Sequence record: MG720308.1
Length of the DNA stretch: 40,000 nt
Direction: 5' to 3' (one strand)
DNA from: Vibrio phage Aphrodite1
Positions 1 through 8,605 of the stretch are shown in pieces (position 1 is the first letter of the stretch; the number at the start of each line of letters is the position of its first letter). Position numbers and translations under genes: made by a program. The notes below the pieces were generated by a model that saw only the letters and a list, made by a program, of their open reading frames with translations, was not told the origin of the DNA and did not search any database.

Positions 1-71
1 CTAGTGGTGCGTGGGTTTCCCTCTCGTTTTATTGGAAAGAAGGTGACACGATTGTTGTTACAACAAAAGGG

Positions 72-827
72 ATGTCCCACATTGCTCAAACAGATTTTTC
101 TTTTGATTACAACCCAAAGTACGGACATGACTTTGAAAAACTCATTCCTCACTCATGGAAACAAAAAGTCTCTGAAGGTGTTATCCGAACTTTCTTAAAG
201 GCAGCCGACACTTATAACTTCGAAACGGGATTGATCAGGAGTAAGGAAGGTGAAACTCTAAGTTACTCAATGGGGTCTGACTTGGTACCGGATTTGAAAT
301 TCAATCTTAATCCGACTTTTGAATACGAACCTATCGAGTCATTAGTTAGAATGAGAGAGAAAATATATTTGTTGTTGGTGAAAGTAGCGCTCACAAACCT
401 ACAAGCATATATCGAACACGAGATCGCCACACAAGCTCATTTAAGTGAACTCGGGAAACCTTTAGTGGATTTCCCGCACATTCAAGGTGACCGATTACAA
501 GTAGGATTAAGACAGTACGGTAGCGCGACACTCCACTTCGTTATCCCACTACCTTCTGGGGAAGAGTTGGTCTACTTGGTTCCTGAGTCCCGAGAAGACC
601 GTCAAGTTTGGTATAAACATATTCAAGAACTCGTCAATGAGGAATTAGGGTCTTTTGATCATTCTTCAGTATGCCGAGGGTTATCGCAAGTTTATCGCAA
701 CACCAATAACGGGATGTTTGTTTTTAAACCCACGCCTCACGACGGTGTTGACGTAATGGTCGTTGACCAGTCACTTTTACCGTGGGCAAGTGAACATACT
801 CGTGAGATCTCTTACATGCTCAAATAA
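72..827 (+). CDS. hypothetical protein (251 aa)
   Basis: Long ORF with ATG start, followed by a perfect hairpin at 833..857; no family recognised. Confidence 0.75.
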   Translation: MSHIAQTDFSFDYNPKYGHDFEKLIPHSWKQKVSEGVIRTFLKAADTYNFETGLIRSKEGETLSYSMGSDLVPDLKFNLNPTFEYEPIESLVRMREKIYLLLVKVALTNLQAYIEHEIATQAHLSELGKPLVDFPHIQGDRLQVGLRQYGSATLHFVIPLPSGEELVYLVPESREDRQVWYKHIQELVNEELGSFDHSSVCRGLSQVYRNTNNGMFVFKPTPHDGVDVMVVDQSLLPWASEHTREISYMLK

Positions 828-832
828 GCCCC

Positions 833-857
833 TAGGGGCTCCTTAGAGGAGCCCCTA
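833..857 (+). terminator. hairpin TAGGGGCTCC-TTAGA-GGAGCCCCTA, possible terminator
   Basis: 10-bp perfect stem 6 nt after the stop codon; no strong U-tract follows. Confidence 0.45.
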
Positions 858-922
858 ATACTCCATTCGATAAATCATACCAATCTTTTTTAATTAAGCT
901 CTTAGAGCCTTAAGGAACCATT

Positions 923-1681
923 ATGAACAAACAATGTCCTTTTACTTTACACATGGGTTATGGTCTACACGGCATGCCTATTCCTCACCCACCTTCAAGC
1001 ATACATACGTTTGAATCTCGTTTAGAGATGATGTCTAAGTTGGCTTACGCTTATCGAAGTTTTGACAATGCGTTCCAATGGATTGTTGATGTTTCTAATC
1101 AACTCCACCAAGACCGCGCTCAATCGTGGGATTTTGCTTATAAAAATCACCTCCTAATTTCTCCCGATAATTACGATAACCGTCAGTTCTCAATCGAACA
1201 CCATAACCGTAAACGCAGTAGCATCACCATAACGGAATCCTACAATAAACTAAACCCTGACTTTTCGTTTAAGCTGGAATTCAGAGAAGGTAATGGATAC
1301 GAACTTACTTGGGATTTACCTTGGGGTTTGTTTAAAAACCGGAACAACGAAGAGTGGTTTCATAAACGTCACTTTAATTTCAAGTTCAACACGTTAACTG
1401 AACCCGGCATCAAAGCCATGGTAGAGACCATCACCCAAGATATGTGGTTGGATCGTTTTAAAGTAGATAAAGAACTCGAAGCTTTCATACACGTGGTGAA
1501 GCCCTGTCCTAAGTTTAACTGGTTCAAATCAGAGCACGCCATCACCCGACCTTCTCCCATCAATGATGATTGCATGGATTCGGAACTAATTATTAGTCGT
1601 GTTCCCTTGAGACGAGAGTTGGTTACCTTACGTGGAACTTATAACGAACTCAGCGGTCTTAAGACCCACTTCATATTCTAA
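923..1681 (+). CDS. hypothetical protein (252 aa)
   Basis: Intact ORF with good coding character, ATG start. Confidence 0.75.
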   Translation: MNKQCPFTLHMGYGLHGMPIPHPPSSIHTFESRLEMMSKLAYAYRSFDNAFQWIVDVSNQLHQDRAQSWDFAYKNHLLISPDNYDNRQFSIEHHNRKRSSITITESYNKLNPDFSFKLEFREGNGYELTWDLPWGLFKNRNNEEWFHKRHFNFKFNTLTEPGIKAMVETITQDMWLDRFKVDKELEAFIHVVKPCPKFNWFKSEHAITRPSPINDDCMDSELIISRVPLRRELVTLRGTYNELSGLKTHFIF

Positions 1682-1713
1682 AGTTATTTCCTAACGGATA
1701 ATATATTATATGT
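1681..1713 (+). promoter_or_regulatory. duplicated composite element copy 1 (AAGTTATTTCCTAAC-N9-ATTATATGT)
   Basis: Identical 15-mer and 9-mer at identical spacing to the copy at 5444..5476; starts a 327-bp non-coding stretch. Confidence 0.6.
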
Positions 1714-1925
1714 ACTAAAAAGAATCCGTCGAAGACCCCCTGAAAAGGATGGGAAAGGGTTATTTTTACATACGAGTTATAGTAGTACTCCTTAGAGTGA
1801 TCTATGAGGTACGAATAGTCACGGTGAGTGTTGTAGTACGAAGTACGTAAACACGATAAAAGGAGTGTACTACGTATAACGAGTAGTAGTTCATGTAATA
1901 GGCTTGCTGTAATCAGATAAAGGAA

Positions 1926-1955
1926 TTATATCCCTATATTACTAAGGGGATATAA
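1926..1955 (+). promoter_or_regulatory. hairpin TTATATCCC...GGGATATAA enclosing TATATTACTAAG; candidate early promoter or regulatory site
   Basis: 9-bp perfect inverted repeat; TATATTAC at 1935..1942 matches the phiKZ early promoter core as I recall it. Confidence 0.45.
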
Positions 1956-2008
1956 AACTGAGTCATTTAAGTTATTAGGATAATAACGTTAGTAGGAGTA
2001 GATTCAAC

Positions 2009-2788
2009 ATGAAAGAATTAGTAAAACAAATTGATAACACGAGTTTGCATCATTTACACGGAATGATCGTAACCGCTAAGGGGAAGCCTTATCGTCAACA
2101 AAACGTAAGCTTTACCGTTAAGGGCCGAAAGCAAGTTCGGTTAACACGAGCTCAAGGATGGTTAACTCATTTAACAAAACTCGTAGAAGGGTTCCCTATT
2201 CATTTAGTAGACTTAGCGGAAGAATTGCATTTTAAAGAAATCTTATTGCCGACTTACGAAGACTACGTGGTTCATGCTCCCTATGTGTGTAAAGTGATTA
2301 AATGGGAAGACTTAGAGCTATACATCTTACCGGGGTTCTTGGGGAACGCTGTCGCTGGGGATGGTAAGATCTACGAACTTTATGCAGATCATCGCAACAA
2401 AGATTGGTACTGGCAAGAAATCTACCCAAATCAAAACGGGTGTTATGATTTGATCAACAGTATCGACGGGGATATGTTGGAAGTCAGCGTAGACGACATT
2501 ATTTATTTGTTGAAGTCTTGTGTTGTGACGGGGGATGATCTGAGTGACTACTACGCTAAGCGAGTAGTTAGTCGTCGAGCGGAAGTAGCATTAGAAGACG
2601 GGTGGGTGGAAATTGATCCTAAAGACATTTCTGAACCCCATCACGTTGCTGCGCTGAAACAAGCTGACCAAGACCATGTCTTAGTTAGACTAGAAGTAAA
2701 ACCCAAGACGGTTAGAGAAGCGTTCCTGAACGCCTATAAGCGAGCGGGAGGCATTCCTGTAGAGTGGGACAATCGTCTCGCTGTTTAA
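2009..2788 (+). CDS. hypothetical protein (259 aa)
   Basis: Intact ORF, AGGAG-like RBS upstream, terminator downstream. Confidence 0.8.
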   Translation: MKELVKQIDNTSLHHLHGMIVTAKGKPYRQQNVSFTVKGRKQVRLTRAQGWLTHLTKLVEGFPIHLVDLAEELHFKEILLPTYEDYVVHAPYVCKVIKWEDLELYILPGFLGNAVAGDGKIYELYADHRNKDWYWQEIYPNQNGCYDLINSIDGDMLEVSVDDIIYLLKSCVVTGDDLSDYYAKRVVSRRAEVALEDGWVEIDPKDISEPHHVAALKQADQDHVLVRLEVKPKTVREAFLNAYKRAGGIPVEWDNRLAV

Positions 2789-2794
2789 ACCAGC

Positions 2795-2822
2795 ATCCTG
2801 CTTGCTGAAGAGCAAGCAGGAT
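2795..2822 (+). terminator. rho-independent-like terminator ATCCTGCTTGCT-GAAG-AGCAAGCAGGAT
   Basis: 12-bp perfect stem, tetraloop, T-rich downstream (tattgttgtttg). Confidence 0.75.
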
Positions 2823-2859
2823 TATTGTTGTTTGTTAAATATTCATTAAAGGATTTATT

Positions 2860-4038
2860 ATGTCCATAGATACACTAGGAATCGACGATGAAATCGTTTT
2901 GACCACAATAGCAAACATTAATGCGCATTATAAAGAAAAACGTAAATTCGTCGACATTGCAAAAATGCAAGACATCGCCCCAGATATATTGACTGTGCGT
3001 TTTCTAAATCAAGGTTTAGAAACCCCTACGCATTACTTGAAAGAGTTACGTAAGGATTTAGCTAAGCGTTTAGTTTTTGAAGGCGAACTTTCACTAGAAG
3101 AAATCGCTAAAACCTTAAGTTATGATAAAACATCAAACTTTTACGTTTGGTATCTATCCGTTTTTGGAGAACGTCCTACTAAGGTCCGTGCACGCATGGG
3201 GTTAAAATCAAAAAGACCGAGTTTAGGTTTAGTCAATGCGGTTATCAGCTCCATTGTCGAAAATATCGACCTTAATCCACATTTATACAAAGATGTTAAT
3301 GTATTAATAAACGACAGTATTTATACAACAACTTACATCAGACAGAAGTTCATTGAACTGCACGGAGTAACCCCTAGGGCTTATTTGTTAAATAAGCAAC
3401 TAGAGTACGTTGCCGAGCAAATCAAAAACCACGGGTATAAAGAAACCCGTCTGCTGGAAATGACCATCTACAACGCTCCTACTGGACTTAACAAAGCTTT
3501 TAAAGCAAAGTACGGTATGACTACCAGTGAATTTGGTGAATCAAAATCTATCGGTATGTGGGCCAAGGTCCATGGTGAAAACGTCTGGATACTCCCTTCC
3601 CTCATGGAAGAGATAATTGATAACGTTACCGAAAACCTGCTTGAAAATCGTCCCCACTTAACTGAGCTGAGAGAACTTTACGGAGTAAACACTTCTTCTT
3701 GGGAAAGAATGTTTACTCTGTACACAGGCATGTTACCTAGTAAGGCGCGCTTATTCATCCGATTGGAAATAGTGGTGTACTTTTTACAAAACACTCGTTG
3801 GAAGTTTTCTAAGATCTTAAGGAAGGTTGGTTCGGATTATGAATACGACATCAGAAGATACTTAATGGCTAATTACGGACTGACTCCTGCGGAAATCCGT
3901 AAACATAAAGGTCCACTCACTCGTCGTAACAAAACCAAGCAGTTTGTTCGTTTTGTTAAAACTAACGCCGACTTATGCATTAGAGAAGACGATATCCGTC
4001 TGGGTAAAATAAAGGAAACTGAATTATGTACCCTGTAG
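2860..4038 (+). CDS. AraC-type HTH repeat protein 1 (392 aa; about three AraC-like modules)
   Basis: Repeated AraC/XylS DNA-binding pattern, e.g. YLKELRKDLAKRLVFEGELSLEEIAKTLSYDKTSNFYVWYLSVFGERPTKVRARMG; further modules end in ELHGVTPRAY / KYGMTTSEF and MANYGLTPAEIR. Confidence 0.75.
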   Translation: MSIDTLGIDDEIVLTTIANINAHYKEKRKFVDIAKMQDIAPDILTVRFLNQGLETPTHYLKELRKDLAKRLVFEGELSLEEIAKTLSYDKTSNFYVWYLSVFGERPTKVRARMGLKSKRPSLGLVNAVISSIVENIDLNPHLYKDVNVLINDSIYTTTYIRQKFIELHGVTPRAYLLNKQLEYVAEQIKNHGYKETRLLEMTIYNAPTGLNKAFKAKYGMTTSEFGESKSIGMWAKVHGENVWILPSLMEEIIDNVTENLLENRPHLTELRELYGVNTSSWERMFTLYTGMLPSKARLFIRLEIVVYFLQNTRWKFSKILRKVGSDYEYDIRRYLMANYGLTPAEIRKHKGPLTRRNKTKQFVRFVKTNADLCIREDDIRLGKIKETELCTL

Positions 4039-4751
4039 ATAAAGAATCCAGAATTCGTTTAATGGAAGATCTGGACAAATGGATAAATGAACACTACTTA
4101 GAAAAAGTCACCGTCAAAGACCTAAGTCACCAACTAGGTGTGTTCATCCCAGATGTTTACCGTCTGTTTGCTGAACAACGCAACACTACCCCGGGAGAGT
4201 ACCTCCGACGTAAACGTTTAGTTAAAGCCAAAGCTTTGTTAGAATCAGGAATCCGTCCAACGCTGGCTGGAGCCCACGTTGGGTATTCTCACTTCCAATC
4301 TTTCGTTAAAGAGTATAAAGCTTACTTTAAACGCCACCCTCGCGAAGATTACTCGGATACCCTTGAGGTCCCGACCATGGACTCTTATTCTAAAGAAACT
4401 ATGGACCGATATTATCCTAGTGAGTTGCGTGAGAAGATATTGAATTATTTGCGTAAAAACATCAAAGTGAATTTCAATTACGCTGATGTAGAAAAGAAGT
4501 TTGGATTACCAGATCGTAGTTTAAGCGAAATGTTTGAACACTATTACGGTAAATCCTATCGTGAATGGAGAAAGGATACTAGGATGAAATTAGCTAAGGA
4601 GTTACTCCACAAAAATCCAAGTGTTAAGATTTCAGACTTAGCGACTACCGTAGGTTCTTGTAGTGCGACCTATTTACGGAAGCAATACCAAGAAGTCTAT
4701 GGAGTTAATATTGTTGAGCTCCGGGAAACTTTGAGAGGTGTTCGTGTCTGA
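4026..4751 (+). CDS. AraC-type HTH repeat protein 2 (241 aa; two modules)
   Basis: TVKDLSHQLGVFIPDVYRLFAEQRNTTPGEYLRRKRLVKAKALL... and SYREWRKDTRMKLAKELL...KISDLATTVGSCSATYLRKQYQEVYGVNIVELR; overlaps the previous gene's end. Confidence 0.78.
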   Translation: MYPVDKESRIRLMEDLDKWINEHYLEKVTVKDLSHQLGVFIPDVYRLFAEQRNTTPGEYLRRKRLVKAKALLESGIRPTLAGAHVGYSHFQSFVKEYKAYFKRHPREDYSDTLEVPTMDSYSKETMDRYYPSELREKILNYLRKNIKVNFNYADVEKKFGLPDRSLSEMFEHYYGKSYREWRKDTRMKLAKELLHKNPSVKISDLATTVGSCSATYLRKQYQEVYGVNIVELRETLRGVRV

Positions 4752-5445
4752 TAAGAAATCGAAAGAACTCAAGAAGCTCAAAAGTGCCGCCAAGAAATAT
4801 TGTTTGGAACCTAATGCCTCGGAATTAGTGTTAAAGAAAACCCTGTTTTCTTTACCTAAAGTCATTAAAATGTTCCGTGATGCAGGTGAGGGAAGTTTGT
4901 ATGATTACATCACTCATTTAAAAATGCTGGAGGCGAAGAAACTCTTAGATGACACCGATCTTAATCTGACTTCTATTTCCAGAGCCATTGGCTACGCTGA
5001 TCGTAAATCCTTGAGAGAAAACTTTATTAAGCAATTTGGTATGTATCCTTTGGATTACCGCAACCGACCGAAGACCAACGACCTAGCTTGGGATTTGTTT
5101 AAATCCCATCCTAAGCTAACTGTACAGCGTCAGACGTTTTTGTTGGATCATGTCAAGAAGCATTACAAGGATTCTGATTTAAGTATTCAGACACTATCAG
5201 ACCGATTCCGTTTAACCCACCAAGACATAGACCTGATTATCAATCATCACTATGGGTCAGGATTGAAACAACTTTTATTAGACCTGCGTTTAAATCAAGC
5301 GCACGCTAAACTACCTAATTATTATAAGTCGGTGCGCCAACTCGCTGAGGAGTTAGGGTTTCTTGACTTTAATTATTTCGTAGTGAAGTTTGAAAGGAAA
5401 TACGGAATGGGTCCCCGACGTTATCAACAACACGCACGTCTTTAA
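4738..5445 (+). CDS. AraC-type HTH repeat protein 3 (235 aa; two modules); start may be GTG 4744
   Basis: DYITHLKMLEAKKLLDDTDLNLTSISRAIGYADRKSLRENFIKQFGMYPLDYRN and QLAEELGFLDFNYFVVKFERKYGMGPRRYQQ; GAGAGG RBS at 4733..4738 better fits a start at 4744. Confidence 0.78.
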   Translation: MFVSDKKSKELKKLKSAAKKYCLEPNASELVLKKTLFSLPKVIKMFRDAGEGSLYDYITHLKMLEAKKLLDDTDLNLTSISRAIGYADRKSLRENFIKQFGMYPLDYRNRPKTNDLAWDLFKSHPKLTVQRQTFLLDHVKKHYKDSDLSIQTLSDRFRLTHQDIDLIINHHYGSGLKQLLLDLRLNQAHAKLPNYYKSVRQLAEELGFLDFNYFVVKFERKYGMGPRRYQQHARL

Positions 5446-5476
5446 GTTATTTCCTAACTCAACGTACATTATATGT
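5444..5476 (+). promoter_or_regulatory. duplicated composite element copy 2; likely promoter of the downstream structured RNA
   Basis: AAGTTATTTCCTAAC-N9-ATTATATGT, same spacing as at 1681; the structured region begins immediately downstream. Confidence 0.6.
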
Positions 5477-5902
5477 GAGCGGTACAAGATTAGGTTTAAC
5501 TAGACTAGCGTGTCCGAAAAGAAAAGGTGTATGCCGCGAGTCCGACCTAGGAAGTTATCCCTTCATTACAACCGCTCACAACTCTTTTGGTTCAGAGGAA
5601 GTCCTCCTTGTCAACATCGATGTCACTAAAGCCATTCTCTGAACCACCCTATTCGAACAGAAACCACTACTTTTTGTTCGTAGGACACTCGAGCCTTTAA
5701 CTCAGTGTCCACAGCGGTACACCCCTGACCGCTTTAAAAATGGAGAGTGTTTCCTCAGCTCCCACACTCCGCCAAGGGATGCTAAGCCGAGGCTAGCCGG
5801 CTGGGTTCTTCGACCGCGTAAGAATCCAGTTCGGGTAATTTCAGTATTGGCACTGAGTTCCACTGCTTTGACCATCCCCTTCGCCGGGGATGGTGCTTTT
5901 TT
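5475..5902 (+). ncRNA. large structured non-coding RNA (about 430 nt), family unknown
   Basis: No supported ORF; many perfect helices: 5475-5483/5571-5579, 5588-5597/5637-5646, 5654-5663/5671-5680, 5683-5689/5704-5710, 5713-5718/5728-5733, 5801-5810/5820-5829; ends in a strong terminator. Confidence 0.75.
5871..5902 (+). terminator. intrinsic terminator ACCATCCCC-TTCGCC-GGGGATGGT-GCTTTTTT
   Basis: 9-bp perfect GC-rich stem followed by T6. Confidence 0.92.
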
Positions 5903-5943
5903 GCATTTTAAATATTTTTAACTAAACTTTAAAGGAGTTTAAT

Positions 5944-6909
5944 ATGTCTACATTACGTGCATGGTGTATTGGTGGTGCGGGTATTAACATCGGTTCTGCA
6001 TGGAAAAAGTCGCTAAGAAACCTTCCTATCTCTAAAGTAGAGTTCATCGGTTTAGATACGTCTACTAACAACAAACCGGATGATGACTCGTTCATTTTAG
6101 AGTGTCCACCAAACACTCGTGGTGGTGGTAAGAAACGTACTTTGAATCGTGACCTCATTCCTGATTTTGTTAACCAAATGTTGGTGAAACATAAAGCGGG
6201 TGATTTCAACGTTGTGATTTACAGTGGTGCAGGCGCGTCGGGTTCTACTATCGGTCCTTTCTTAGTTCGTGCTCTCATGGAAGCAGGTATTCCTGTAGTT
6301 TCGTTCCTCGTGATCGATCAAACCACAGACATCGAACTGGACAACACGATCGCGACTCTACGTTCCCTAGATGGTCAGCGTAAGCATTTTGATATGCCGG
6401 TCGTAATGGATGTACTGCAAAACGACGAGGCTTTAACTCGCGGTGAGTTAAACAAAATTGCTGTCGAGCGTCTCAACTTGCTATCACTGTTCCTAACGGA
6501 CAAACACGAAGAGTCAGACTACGAAGACATCCGTCATTTGTTGGACTACTCTAGTGCGGTCGATATCCCACCGTCTCTTACTCGTATCGAGTTCTATGAC
6601 GGTCTGACTATCGATAAGCGCCAAGGTAGTGCAGTAGCGAGTTTCTCTCTATACAGCTCTCGTAACGACATCCGTTCCGTCCAAATTGGTAAAGGTTATC
6701 GTGTGACGGGTGTGATGCATCCAGATGCGATTACCCCTAACGATACAGGTGAACTACACATGATGCTTGAGTACGATAGCCTAACAGAACAAATCATCAA
6801 TGATATGGAGCGTTCTAAAGAAAAAGCGGTAGAACGCCAGACTCAATTCACTAAGTCCCGTTCTAAGGACCTCACAGAGGGCTCTGACAATTCCGGGATG
6901 GTCTGGTAA
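5944..6909 (+). CDS. phuZ: phage tubulin/FtsZ-like protein PhuZ
   Basis: GGAGINIGSAW nucleotide-binding start, tubulin signature-like SGAGASGSTIGPFLVRALMEAGIPVVSFLVIDQTTDIELDNTIATLRSLDGQ...MPVVMDVLQND; matches the PhuZ pattern of phiKZ-like phages. Confidence 0.9.
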   Translation: MSTLRAWCIGGAGINIGSAWKKSLRNLPISKVEFIGLDTSTNNKPDDDSFILECPPNTRGGGKKRTLNRDLIPDFVNQMLVKHKAGDFNVVIYSGAGASGSTIGPFLVRALMEAGIPVVSFLVIDQTTDIELDNTIATLRSLDGQRKHFDMPVVMDVLQNDEALTRGELNKIAVERLNLLSLFLTDKHEESDYEDIRHLLDYSSAVDIPPSLTRIEFYDGLTIDKRQGSAVASFSLYSSRNDIRSVQIGKGYRVTGVMHPDAITPNDTGELHMMLEYDSLTEQIINDMERSKEKAVERQTQFTKSRSKDLTEGSDNSGMVW

Positions 6910-7001
6910 TACCTAAGTAAGACTTAACTACGTATGGCATCTTCTAGGTGCCATACGTTTATTATTTATATTTTTTAGTTTTATTAAAAACGGGAACGTA
7001 A

Positions 7002-7295
7002 ATGAGAAAGAACTGTATTAAAGTCGTGAACATTGCACTTAACGACTATACAAAACTTATTGGAAACGAACATTCCGTTTTTAATGGAATTGCTCTGATC
7101 CACGAAACACTAACCGATTTGGGTTACCACGTTTTAAATCGTCATATTGTGTATGGCGACGAAGCAACGTTGTATCCGGTCAAAACTTTCATCCATACCA
7201 CGCTCGTAGCGCAATCAAGTGGGATTTCCACCGACACTCAAGTTTCGGTGCGTCCTGCTAGTCCCGGGTGCTATGCAGTCATGTTTTTTAAATAA
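7002..7295 (+). CDS. hypothetical protein (97 aa)
   Basis: ORF in a compact same-strand gene run; AACGGG upstream. Confidence 0.65.
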   Translation: MRKNCIKVVNIALNDYTKLIGNEHSVFNGIALIHETLTDLGYHVLNRHIVYGDEATLYPVKTFIHTTLVAQSSGISTDTQVSVRPASPGCYAVMFFK

Positions 7296-7304
7296 GGGGT
7301 AATT

Positions 7305-7760
7305 ATGTACGTTGTCAACACGGGTCGAATTATGGAGAACTTACTTACTTTTGATAAGATGGAGTTCGATAATTTCACCATTCATGGTTATGTGCATGCT
7401 TTGTTGGAAGACGTCGTAGAAGTTTTTAATTCTAAGGACTTCGACCAAGCTTACGATCGTATCGGTCATCTCACCACACTACTAGGGAATAACACAGCAG
7501 TTGAAACGATTTATATCGAACTGTTGAACGATCTTAAAAAGTACGCTCGTGCTTCAGGTTGGGACCCACGCCTCAAAATGAAAATCTGTGAAGAGAAAAA
7601 TGTGAAAAACCGTGACGGTATTATCCATCAAGTACTACTCATTATGGATTTGGATGCAACAGTTGAAGAACTTTCATTTGCCCCTGAATCATCAGTATCG
7701 TTAGGAGAGCTAGTAAGTGACAACCCTAGCCAAGATGAGCTTTCTAAACTCGTCCAATAA
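7305..7760 (+). CDS. hypothetical protein (151 aa; start may be internal, e.g. MENLLTF)
   Basis: ORF in tightly packed operon. Confidence 0.65.
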   Translation: MYVVNTGRIMENLLTFDKMEFDNFTIHGYVHALLEDVVEVFNSKDFDQAYDRIGHLTTLLGNNTAVETIYIELLNDLKKYARASGWDPRLKMKICEEKNVKNRDGIIHQVLLIMDLDATVEELSFAPESSVSLGELVSDNPSQDELSKLVQ

Positions 7761-8307
7761 AACGAAAGTAGTAACTGTCGACCTTTCCCAAGTTAATCAA
7801 TTAGTTTACGATTTGATGTTTGATAACGACCTTCGTTCAATTCCAACTGAACGAATAGCCGATGTAAAGGCAGGACTCATTTATCAAACCCTTAGGGATA
7901 TATGTTCGAACTCAAAGTTCAAATTATGTGTCGCTCCTTCGGAATCCTCAAAGTACGAAGTAATCTACTTCCAAAACAAACCACAAGATCGTGTCGATTT
8001 TGAAATCCATTTAACCTCCCTTGAATACGAAACGACTTTGTTACATCGTTATTATTCAGCGGGAGTGTTAGAAGATATCTTAACCGACATCGGTTACGCC
8101 TTTTACCAAATATTGTACTCAATGACACCCAATACCCGATTTGAGCACGAGGTTCAGTTAGCTCTACCAAACATCGGACATTTGATAGTCGCAGTGCATG
8201 AAGACGATCTAAGGGAATGTAATGCTGACGATATATCAGACACAGTCATTAGCGGACTTTATACAGAGGCATTGCTTGACAGACTTCACGGAGATGACCC
8301 AAGCTGA
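7735..8307 (+). CDS. hypothetical protein (start trimmed from 7717 to ATG 7735)
   Basis: ORF overlaps the previous stop by 26 nt; ATG at 7735. Confidence 0.65.
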   Translation: MSFLNSSNKTKVVTVDLSQVNQLVYDLMFDNDLRSIPTERIADVKAGLIYQTLRDICSNSKFKLCVAPSESSKYEVIYFQNKPQDRVDFEIHLTSLEYETTLLHRYYSAGVLEDILTDIGYAFYQILYSMTPNTRFEHEVQLALPNIGHLIVAVHEDDLRECNADDISDTVISGLYTEALLDRLHGDDPS

Positions 8308-8605
8308 GTTACTCCACGCTTTCTTTTATACGGCGTATGAAAACACCGTATCCTTTGGAAGACAAGCCGCAGTCGAGCAAGCCATCGCGGGGATGTTTAC
8401 TAACTTGTTACGATCCATTGTGATCATAGAAAAGTTTGACGACTTCCCTTGGTTAATTATTCAAAGCGAAATCACGGCAATTTGTATTCAAATGGTGGAA
8501 GACATTGATGACATCCTATCCGGGAATGAATTGATTGCTTACAACCCACTTCCCAATGTTGAATATCCTAAGGCCATGATGTTGGAGATAGTTCATGAAT
8601 GTTAA
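8294..8605 (+). CDS. hypothetical protein (start trimmed from 8222 to ATG 8294)
   Basis: GGAG precedes ATG 8294, which overlaps the previous stop by 14 nt. Confidence 0.6.
   Translation: MTQAELLHAFFYTAYENTVSFGRQAAVEQAIAGMFTNLLRSIVIIEKFDDFPWLIIQSEITAICIQMVEDIDDILSGNELIAYNPLPNVEYPKAMMLEIVHEC

Noticed and set aside
4-198. ORF of 64 aa at the window start
   Set aside because: Overlaps the much better 72..827 gene in another frame; no distinctive coding character, probably spurious.
4674-4865. Minus-strand ORFs such as 4674..4865, 11092..11280, 13750..13950, 14552..14785 and 34048..34590
   Set aside because: All antisense to long coherent coding regions; typical shadow ORFs, no independent signals.
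5475-5902. RNase P-like words (GAGGAAGTCC, AACAGAAA) and tRNA-like GTTC segments in the structured RNA
   Set aside because: The remaining conserved RNase P segments (e.g. ACAGAACCCGGCUUAU) and overall order are absent, and no cloverleaf could be formed.
5922-6209. Minus-strand 95-aa ORF overlapping phuZ
   Set aside because: Antisense shadow of a confidently identified gene.
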